Origin: an uncultured Candidatus Saccharibacteria bacterium
GTDB lineage: Bacteria; Patescibacteriota; Minisyncoccia; Phycocordibacterales; JACOZG01
DNA length: 64,000 bases
Assembly (NCBI GenBank): GCA_964399075.1
Contig: CAYNPK010000003.1
Span: forward strand, 6,306-70,305
Direction of reading: 5' to 3'
Shown: positions 18,932 through 26,915 of the stretch, piece after piece
How the letters are laid out: every line of letters begins with the position of its first letter
Numbering within the stretch: position 1 is the stretch's first letter
Notes under the pieces: model-generated
What the model saw: only the letters and a program-made list of their open reading frames with translations
Told to the model about the DNA's origin: nothing
Database searches by the model: none
Position numbers and translations under genes: made by a program

Positions 18932-20469
18932 TGTTAGCAAAGGTTCATTCCGCTCAAGTCGTCGGCCTTCGGGCCGACATTATTGATGTGGAAATAGATA
19001 TTGGTAAAGGCCTGCACTCTTTTACCGTAGTCGGCCTGCCAGACAAGGCGGTAGAGGAAGCTAAAGACAGAATTACGGCTGCAATTAAAAATTCTGGCTT
19101 TAAGTCACCCCAGAAAAGCAGTAAAAAAGTAATTGTTTCTCTCGCGCCAGCGGATATTAAAAAAGAGGGTCCGGTGTTTGATCTGGCGATTGCGATAGCT
19201 TATCTAACAGCCAATCAAGAAATTAAATTTGACTCTAGTGATAAATTATTTATTGGTGAACTGGCTCTAGACGGCAGTTTAAGACCAATCAAGGGAGCTC
19301 TAATGATTGCCCGCCAAGCGCGAGAGGCCGGCTTTAAAGAAATTTATTTACCCCTAGCCAATGCGGAGGAAGCAGCGTTAATAAGAGATCTAATCGTGTT
19401 TGGTTGTGGCAAACTGAAAGATTTAGTTAATCATCTAACGATTTCTACTCCACCAATATTGCTAACTCCCCAACCAGCCACTCAAATTAATTACAAAGAG
19501 CGAGAGCCGGTGGGAGAATTTGCAGAGATTAAAGGCCAACAAACCGCTAAAAGAGGCTTGGAAATCGCCGCCGCCGGTGGACACAATATTGCCATGTATG
19601 GCCCACCGGGAACTGGCAAAACGATGTTAGCTAAAGCTTTTGCCAGTATTTTACCACCCCTACCTTTCGATCATATTTTAGAAATTACGGGCATTCATTC
19701 CGCGGCCGGATTATTGCAAGGCACTTTAATTGCTCATCCGCCAATTCGCGCGCCACACCACACCTCTTCTTATGTTTCACTCGTCGGCGGAGGTAGCTGG
19801 CCAAAACCAGGAGAAATTACCTTAGCTCATAGGGGAATTCTCTTTCTTGACGAATTTCCTGAATTCGATAAAAAAGTGATTGAGTCCTTGCGACAACCTC
19901 TCGAAGATCGAGTGATTAATATCGCCAGAGCTCGCGGAACCATGACTTTCCCGGCCAATTTTATTCTAGTGGCCGCTTTCAACCCTTGTCCTTGTGGCAA
20001 TCAGGGTTTAAGAGGACGAGAATGTATTTGCTCGCAATCAGCCCTCATTCGTTATCGCCGAAAAATATCCGGCCCGATTATTGACCGGATTGATTTGTGG
20101 CTAGAAGTTGGCCAAATTGATCCGGAAAAGCTATCTAATTACGATATTGAAGAAGAAAGTTCTGTCAAAATTAGAGAACGAGTTTGCCAGGCAAGAGATC
20201 GACAACGACAACGCTTCGGCAACCTAGGACGTTCGGAAAAATTTATTAACGGAGAAATGACTAATAAAGAACTGCGACAGCTAGCTCCTCTGTCTGACAT
20301 CTGCATCAAACTTCTCAATGATTCTGCAAAAAGGCTTGATCTATCCGCTCGCGCCTATCATCGCATTATTAAACTCGCCAGAACTATTGCCGATTTGGCT
20401 GACGAAGAAAATATTAAAGAAAGCCATTTAATCGAAGCCCTCCAATATAGACCAAAGAGCTTGATTTAG
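18931..20469 (+). CDS. comM: YifB/ComM Mg-chelatase-like AAA ATPase
   Basis: VGLPDKAVEEA, GPPGTGKT, RAPHH, PGEITLAHRGILFLDE, NPCPCG. Confidence 0.93.
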   Translation: MLAKVHSAQVVGLRADIIDVEIDIGKGLHSFTVVGLPDKAVEEAKDRITAAIKNSGFKSPQKSSKKVIVSLAPADIKKEGPVFDLAIAIAYLTANQEIKFDSSDKLFIGELALDGSLRPIKGALMIARQAREAGFKEIYLPLANAEEAALIRDLIVFGCGKLKDLVNHLTISTPPILLTPQPATQINYKEREPVGEFAEIKGQQTAKRGLEIAAAGGHNIAMYGPPGTGKTMLAKAFASILPPLPFDHILEITGIHSAAGLLQGTLIAHPPIRAPHHTSSYVSLVGGGSWPKPGEITLAHRGILFLDEFPEFDKKVIESLRQPLEDRVINIARARGTMTFPANFILVAAFNPCPCGNQGLRGRECICSQSALIRYRRKISGPIIDRIDLWLEVGQIDPEKLSNYDIEEESSVKIRERVCQARDRQRQRFGNLGRSEKFINGEMTNKELRQLAPLSDICIKLLNDSAKRLDLSARAYHRIIKLARTIADLADEENIKESHLIEALQYRPKSLI

Positions 20470-20544
20470 GTTACAATCAAATAGGCGTGGTGACGTTCAC
20501 CACCATTGATCCAATTTGACCCAAGATCAGAAGGGAAGAAAATA

Positions 20545-20781
20545 ATGACTGAATTGGAAAGATTGAATAGCCTGCAGCCAAGAATTGAAAAGATCTGCCA
20601 ACTGATCGACGAGATCGAAGTTCAAGCGGCTCAATTACCAGCAGAATTTAATGACTTTTCTGGATTGAGAGCGGGAATCAATCGCATTCTTTCCAGTCTT
20701 TCTGATTTTTCCACAACCAAATGCTTGTTAAGACGTGGCTTAAACGCCCTTAAGAAAAGAATTGCAAGCTTAAGTGCCTGA
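20545..20781 (+). CDS. Small helical hypothetical protein
   Basis: ORF with purine-rich SD-like leader, followed by terminator hairpin ~20788-20825. Confidence 0.55.
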   Translation: MTELERLNSLQPRIEKICQLIDEIEVQAAQLPAEFNDFSGLRAGINRILSSLSDFSTTKCLLRRGLNALKKRIASLSA

Positions 20782-20864
20782 TCAAAACAAAAAAACTCGC
20801 CCCAGCTAACACTGTGGCGAGTTTTCACTTATTTTCACTTAAAGCATTAGCTAAATCAGACTAA

Positions 20865-21812
20865 TTAAAATGGATTCTTAGCTCCACGAATCTCGAAGTG
20901 GACATGTGGGCCGGTAGAGTTACCGCTACTACCCAACAAACCAATGGTTTGACCCTGATCCACTCGTTGACCAGTTGAAACATTAGTTTGAAGTAAGTGA
21001 GCATATAAAGTTTGAGTGCTATTGGAGTGTTGAACCACAACGTAATTACCATAGCCACCATTCCAACCACCTTGGCGACTAATGATTACTGTGCCTGATG
21101 CCGAGGCCATTACCGGCGTACCAGATCGTGAGGCCAAGTCTACGGCATTATAACCATGAATACCTTGGGTCTTAACACCACCATTAATTGGTCGCAAATA
21201 GTAACCCACATAGACTGGATTAGCACCACCAGACGGCGAAGACCCCTTAGATCCCTTGGGAGTAACAGACGGTTTAACCACAGCTTGTGGCTCTATACCA
21301 CCGGGGATAATAATCGTACTGCCAACCGTTAAAGTTCTGTTAGTTAAAATATTGTAATTAACAATTTCTTCCGCATCGCCTTGGTATTTTTTAGCCAGAC
21401 TAGCAAGGGTGTCTCCCTTAATCACAGTGTGACGCAAGCCGTTTATTGGCAAAATTACCAAGACTTGGCCTTCTTTAATCGTAGCCTTGGGTGAAAGCTC
21501 GTTGGCCCAACGAATCGTATTAACAGAGACTTGATACATTTCCGCAATCTCTGACACTGTGTCACCGGGACGGACGACATAAATACTAATCTGATCATTA
21601 GATAGCGATTTATTAGAATCAGCAACGCTATGACTCGATTCCGTATCCGGCAAAAGAGCGGAGCCAACAATGGTAATTTCGCCACCACCAATCGAGGTGC
21701 TTGGAGGTAGGCCCTGAGACGGTAATAGACCAATTTGTTGAATATTGCTACCAGAAAGCGTTGCCGAAGAAGCAACGGAAGAAGAAAAAACCGTAATTAC
21801 CCCAACAAGCAA
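20865..21812 (-). CDS. LysM-repeat M23 peptidase (true start probably upstream)
   Basis: Two LysM (YVVRPGDTVSEIA; HTVIKGDTLASLA), HGYNAVD, YAHL, STGPHVHFE. Confidence 0.92.
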   Translation of the reverse strand: MLVGVITVFSSSVASSATLSGSNIQQIGLLPSQGLPPSTSIGGGEITIVGSALLPDTESSHSVADSNKSLSNDQISIYVVRPGDTVSEIAEMYQVSVNTIRWANELSPKATIKEGQVLVILPINGLRHTVIKGDTLASLAKKYQGDAEEIVNYNILTNRTLTVGSTIIIPGGIEPQAVVKPSVTPKGSKGSSPSGGANPVYVGYYLRPINGGVKTQGIHGYNAVDLASRSGTPVMASASGTVIISRQGGWNGGYGNYVVVQHSNSTQTLYAHLLQTNVSTGQRVDQGQTIGLLGSSGNSTGPHVHFEIRGAKNPF

Positions 21813-22070
21813 AATAAGCCTCTTAAGAAGAAGCTTGGACCTTAGCCCTTTTTTTACTCGGCACGAGACATTAAGGAAGCCGAGTATTGTGAGTTTAGAA
21901 TGAATAAGTTTTACAAAGAGATCCTACCCGTTCAGGAATCAAATGGCTCAACTAAGCCATCTGGTTTACAAATCAATTCAGCAACTTCCATATTCTACTC
22001 TATTGGAGAACTAATTTCAAGCTCAAGCTTGATCCCTGTGGATAACTTATTTTTATGCTAAAATCCCCAG

Positions 22071-24002
22071 ATGACTTCTCCTCATGATCTTAATCCCCAG
22101 CAAGCTCGGGCAACTGAACATCGGGAAGGACCACTCTTGATTGTGGCTGGCGCCGGTGCCGGCAAAACTAAGACCATCGTCAGTCGGATTATCAAATTAA
22201 TAGAATCCGGAGTAGCGCCAGAGAAGATTCTGGCGATCACCTTCACCAACAAGGCCGCCAAAGAAATGCGCGAACGGGTACTAACCGCCTTGGCCGAACG
22301 ACAAGAGTGGCAAGTTGGCCCCACCCCATTTGTTAGCACTTTTCATGCTCTAGGAGCGATGATTATCAAGGAAAACGCTAAACAATTCGGCTTAACTCGC
22401 TATTTTACCATTCTCGACAAAGATGAATCACTAGCTATAGTGAAAAATATGATGAAAGAGCAAGGAATTGAGCTCAAAAGTGTTGAACCACGCCGTATCT
22501 TGGGAATCATCTCTAGAGAGAAAGGCGCCGGCACCACTCTCGCTCAATACAAAGACAGAGGGAGAGCTCAAACAAGTTACCTAGGCAAACTAGCCTTAAC
22601 TATCTGGGAACACTACGAGAACACTCTAGCTAAACGTCAGGCTCTTGACTTCGACGATCTGTTGTTAAAAGCAACGGAACTATTCCGTCGCCAGCCAGAT
22701 ATCCTAGCTCAATATCAAGATCGCTGGCATTATCTCCATATTGATGAATATCAAGATACTAATCTAATTCAGTACGAATTGGCCCAACTCTTGGCCGCGA
22801 AAAGAAGAAATATTTGCGTGGTTGGCGACGTTGATCAGTCAATTTATAGTTGGCGAGGGGCCGATTATCGTAATCTACTCCGCTTTGAGGAGGATTATCC
22901 TGATGTTACGGTCATAACCTTAGAACAAAATTATCGCTCAACTAAAAATATTCTAGCGGCAGCCAATGAAATAATTAGCAAAAACCAAAAACGACACGAG
23001 AAAAATCTCTTTACCACCAATAAAGACGGGGAACGGCTGACTATTATTATTGGCCTAGATGAGGGCGAAGAAGCCCACCTTATTGGCGAAACAGCCAAGA
23101 AATTAATCGGAGACGGAGTGAAACCCGATGAGATTGCCGTACTCTATCGGACGAACTTCCAATCTCGAGTTCTAGAAGAAGCCTTCCTTAGGCAAAATTT
23201 GCCTTACCGCGTTCTGGGAACTCGCTTCTTCGACCGGAAAGAAGTGCGAGATGTTCTAGCTTATATCAAAGCGGCTCTGAATCCCGAAGATGTCGAATCT
23301 GTAAAGCGAATTATTAATGTGCCACCACGCGGTATTGGCAAAGTTACTTTGGCTAAAATGGTGACGAAACAAACAAGCGCGCTACCGCGCGCGACTTTAA
23401 GCAAAGTCAGCGAATTCCAGAAAATGCTAGCTGTGATTGCCGAATCAGCCACGAAGTTAAGGCCTTCGCAATTAATTAAATTCGTCATCAGTCACAGTGG
23501 GATTGAAGCGATGTTTCAAAACAGTCGGACCGAAGAAGATCTGGAACGACTAGCCAACGTTAAAGAACTAGCCAGCTTGGCGGTCAAATATGACGGGCTG
23601 GAAGATGGTTTGTGGCAACTACTCACAGAGGCGGCCTTAGTTTCTGACCAAGATAGTCTGAACGATCCTCAAAAGTCGCAATCAGGAATAAGCTTAATGA
23701 CGGTCCACGCCGCTAAAGGTTTGGAATTCCCTTATGTTTTTATTGCCGGACTGGAACAAAACCTGTTTCCTTCCGCCCCGCGCGAGAATGACGCCAATCG
23801 CGATGACGAAGAAGAGCGGAGGCTGTTTTACGTTGCTCTCACCCGAGCTCAAGAGAAGCTCTTCTTGAGCTACGCCCAAATTAGAACGATTTTTGGCTCC
23901 CAACAAGTCAACACGCCATCAGAATTCTTAACTGATATCAGCGAAGAATTGCTAGACAGGCCCAAACAAAGCTATTTGGATCAAAGTTTTATCGATTTTT
24001 AA
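22071..24002 (+). CDS. pcrA: UvrD/PcrA helicase
   Basis: AGAGAGKT, TFTNKAA, DEYQD, VGDVDQSIY, TVHAAKGLEF, EERRLFYVA. Confidence 0.95.
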   Translation: MTSPHDLNPQQARATEHREGPLLIVAGAGAGKTKTIVSRIIKLIESGVAPEKILAITFTNKAAKEMRERVLTALAERQEWQVGPTPFVSTFHALGAMIIKENAKQFGLTRYFTILDKDESLAIVKNMMKEQGIELKSVEPRRILGIISREKGAGTTLAQYKDRGRAQTSYLGKLALTIWEHYENTLAKRQALDFDDLLLKATELFRRQPDILAQYQDRWHYLHIDEYQDTNLIQYELAQLLAAKRRNICVVGDVDQSIYSWRGADYRNLLRFEEDYPDVTVITLEQNYRSTKNILAAANEIISKNQKRHEKNLFTTNKDGERLTIIIGLDEGEEAHLIGETAKKLIGDGVKPDEIAVLYRTNFQSRVLEEAFLRQNLPYRVLGTRFFDRKEVRDVLAYIKAALNPEDVESVKRIINVPPRGIGKVTLAKMVTKQTSALPRATLSKVSEFQKMLAVIAESATKLRPSQLIKFVISHSGIEAMFQNSRTEEDLERLANVKELASLAVKYDGLEDGLWQLLTEAALVSDQDSLNDPQKSQSGISLMTVHAAKGLEFPYVFIAGLEQNLFPSAPRENDANRDDEEERRLFYVALTRAQEKLFLSYAQIRTIFGSQQVNTPSEFLTDISEELLDRPKQSYLDQSFIDF

Positions 24003-24009
24003 ATTAAAT

Positions 24010-24765
24010 ATGAAAGCGAAAAAATCTTTAGGACAACATTGGCTAAGATCAGCATCAGCCAGAGAATCTATTATCGCCACGGCAAAACTGCAAGCGGGTG
24101 ACACAATCTTAGAAATCGGTCCGGGAGAAGGTTTCCTCACCGAGGCACTGTTAGCCACCGGCGCTAGAGTAATTGCTGTAGAAAAAGACGACAGATTGAT
24201 AAGTGACTTAGAACAAAAATTCCAAACAGAAATAGAGCGAGGCAAGCTCAAATTAATTCATGATGATGTTTTAAATTTAGATTTAGATCTAGGCAAGTAT
24301 AAATTAGTCGCCAATATTCCATATTATGTAACTGGACAAGTGTTGAGAAAATTTCTCACCGGCAGGCAACCAGTCAGAATAGTGTTGATGCTCCAAAACG
24401 AGGTGGCTAAAAGAATTATCGCCCGCGATGGACGAGAAAGTATTTTGTCTATCAGCGTTAAGGCTTACGGCACTCCGAAATATATCAAGAAGGTGCCGGC
24501 TGGCGCCTTCACCCCGCCACCTAAGGTTGATTCGGCGATTTTATTAATTTCGGATTTACGCCAATTAGAAACGAGAGAAGAGCAAGAATTTTTCCAAACA
24601 ATCAAACTCGGCTTCGCTCACAAGCGCAAATTATTAACTAGTAACCTCCAATGTTCGACAGAATTATTAGCAGAATGTAAAATCAAACCCAAGGCGCGAG
24701 CTGAAGAATTAACTCTAAATCAATGGCAATGCCTCACTTCCAAATTAAACCCAAAATCAGCTTAG
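24010..24765 (+). CDS. rsmA: 16S rRNA m6,2A dimethyltransferase
   Basis: KKSLGQHWL, LEIGPGEG, ANIPY, PPPKVDSA. Confidence 0.95.
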   Translation: MKAKKSLGQHWLRSASARESIIATAKLQAGDTILEIGPGEGFLTEALLATGARVIAVEKDDRLISDLEQKFQTEIERGKLKLIHDDVLNLDLDLGKYKLVANIPYYVTGQVLRKFLTGRQPVRIVLMLQNEVAKRIIARDGRESILSISVKAYGTPKYIKKVPAGAFTPPPKVDSAILLISDLRQLETREEQEFFQTIKLGFAHKRKLLTSNLQCSTELLAECKIKPKARAEELTLNQWQCLTSKLNPKSA

Positions 24766-25184
24766 TTCTACTAATTCTGGCTCTATTAGGGGCGATCACT
24801 CTCTATCAAGCAACCGAATCATTAAAATATTCTGATCTGAAGATAAACAACACGGTCATTAAAGTCAGGATTGCCGACACCCCAATGGAGCAAGCGCGAG
24901 GTTTATCCGGATTAGCCACTCTGGCTCAAGATAAGGGCCTATTATTTGTCTTCAATCAGCCAACTATCCCGCGCTTCTGGATGAAGGAAATGCGTTTCCC
25001 CATCGATATTATTTGGATCGACGAAGAGAAGCAAATCATTGGCATTGAACACAACCTTTCGCCCAACACTTTCCCTCAAATTTATTCACCAAACGCGCCA
25101 ATTATTTACGCCCTAGAAGTTAACGCCACTTGGACCAAGCAACACAATATCAACATCGGCGACTTTATCCACTTCAAGCGGTGA
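24723..25184 (+). CDS. DUF192 domain protein
   Basis: ARGLSG, LLFVF, FWMKEMRFPIDIIW, YALEVNA. Confidence 0.9.
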   Translation: MAMPHFQIKPKISLVLLILALLGAITLYQATESLKYSDLKINNTVIKVRIADTPMEQARGLSGLATLAQDKGLLFVFNQPTIPRFWMKEMRFPIDIIWIDEEKQIIGIEHNLSPNTFPQIYSPNAPIIYALEVNATWTKQHNINIGDFIHFKR

Positions 25185-25186
25185 AA

Positions 25187-25555
25187 TTATAATTCTGAAG
25201 TTCCAACCTGAATAATTGTTCCATCAACAGGCACAGGAGCGCAAAATAACAATGGATTTAGACAAAATCCGCCAGGAGACGCCGTACCGAGAACCCAAGG
25301 TCCCGCTTCATAAATATTGAAATACTCATATAACGTTGATCCAGTAGTAAACAAAAAACGTCCCGGATTTGGTGGACCAACAGTTAAATTTATACCGTTA
25401 CAACAATAATCCACCCAAATAATTTTCCCACCTAAGAGGAGAGGAGTAGAAACAGCTTGAACAAAATTAGTGTGCCAATAAGAAAAACCGATGAGAGAAA
25501 TCGCAAAAATAATAGCAATTAATGTTGTGATAAAAAAACGATGAGCTTTTTTCAT
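25187..25555 (-). CDS. Secreted Cys-containing hypothetical protein
   Basis: Signal/TM then GGKI..YCCNG, WVLG, two further Cys, VGTS. Confidence 0.75.
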   Translation of the reverse strand: MKKAHRFFITTLIAIIFAISLIGFSYWHTNFVQAVSTPLLLGGKIIWVDYCCNGINLTVGPPNPGRFLFTTGSTLYEYFNIYEAGPWVLGTASPGGFCLNPLLFCAPVPVDGTIIQVGTSEL

Positions 25556-25558
25556 AAA

Positions 25559-26044
25559 CTATAGATTAAGATTAAATTTAGCTGGAGTTAAAGTTTGGCC
25601 TTGTTGATTTCTAACATAGAAATAAAAAAAGAGGTCTGGAAAATCAACTGTTTTGATCATTGCTAAGTTATTAGGCAAATAAGGAGGATCAAAAACAAAA
25701 GATAAAGTGGTTCCATTACGAGAAGTGACTTCAACTTGGCCATAGCCAGTATAAATTACATTGGGACCAGTAGTACTAAAACCGCGTCCGTGCAAAGTAA
25801 CTAAAGTGCCTGGCTCTCCTTGTGTTGGCGTAATCTTATCAATTTGCGGTCGGGCAAGAGGTGTTGACTTTGTTCTACTTAATTCGAAACTTTGCGTCAT
25901 ACGAGAAAAAGCTTCAACTAATTGCTGAATTTGCTTAGCTAAAAATTTCTGAGAATCCTGGCTGGCAAGAAGCGAAGCCTTAACAGAAAAAGCTGAGCCA
26001 AGAAATAAAACCGCAATCACTATCAAAATACTAAATCGACGCAT
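25559..26044 (-). CDS. Secreted IPT/TIG-domain protein
   Basis: Signal peptide; PQIDKITPTQGEPGTLVTLHGRGF. Confidence 0.75.
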   Translation of the reverse strand: MRRFSILIVIAVLFLGSAFSVKASLLASQDSQKFLAKQIQQLVEAFSRMTQSFELSRTKSTPLARPQIDKITPTQGEPGTLVTLHGRGFSTTGPNVIYTGYGQVEVTSRNGTTLSFVFDPPYLPNNLAMIKTVDFPDLFFYFYVRNQQGQTLTPAKFNLNL

Positions 26045-26147
26045 TTAATTATTATACTACAAAATACCCACAATTAATTATCCACCTCAAATCTGATTAT
26101 TTTCTAGTACAAATTAGACGGAAGCATTATAATAACAAGACACCATC

Positions 26148-26903
26148 GTGGCAAAAAAAATTAGTTTAATGGTGATAATCATAAGCCTTGGCTTTTTAGG
26201 CTGGCTATGGCTAGTTGGCGGAAGAGTGTTGTCTAACCAAACTTCCGTTGCGACTCCAAACGAATCAGGATTAGAAAGTCTTACCAAGTGGCAGCAAACT
26301 ATTCAAGATGATCCAAATCTGACTGATTTAGAGAAGCGGTTAAATTCATTAGTTTACCAGGCTAGCCTAAAGAAAGGGGCACTCTTGGCCGACCCAAATA
26401 TTAAAAATCCCGATTATGTACCAAGTCACCGCTATCGTCTAAATAATCTGGTAATCATTGATACTAAAGACAGAGAATTTCTTAAAAATTACGGCCAATT
26501 ATTAGCCCTCATTTTAAAATTCTACGAAGGAATGCCGGAAATAAATCCCATGAAAGTTACCCTAGACGCTCTAGAAAACGAAACGGGTAACTCACTCGAC
26601 AAAATTAGAATTTGGCGCAATCGTCACGCAACAGTAACCAGAGAATTAGCAACCATTCCAACGCCCAAAATAGTCGCTGAATATCATTTACAATTAATTA
26701 ACTCAATATTGAATTTAGCCGAATCAAATTTCCACATGGAAAATGTTTTAACAGAACCAATTTTAGCCCTGGAACATGTTAGTTCTTACCCCGCCCGAAC
26801 CATCGCCTTTAACTGGGCATTAACTGAATTAAATAAATTCTTTCGAGATAATGAGGTAAATTTTGATACAACTGATACAATTATGATACCCAGTCAATTT
26901 TAA
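26148..26903 (+). CDS. Membrane-anchored hypothetical protein, first gene of T4SS-like cluster
   Basis: N-terminal TM, helical body. Confidence 0.75.
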   Translation: MAKKISLMVIIISLGFLGWLWLVGGRVLSNQTSVATPNESGLESLTKWQQTIQDDPNLTDLEKRLNSLVYQASLKKGALLADPNIKNPDYVPSHRYRLNNLVIIDTKDREFLKNYGQLLALILKFYEGMPEINPMKVTLDALENETGNSLDKIRIWRNRHATVTRELATIPTPKIVAEYHLQLINSILNLAESNFHMENVLTEPILALEHVSSYPARTIAFNWALTELNKFFRDNEVNFDTTDTIMIPSQF

Positions 26904-26915
26904 TCTGCATGTTTT

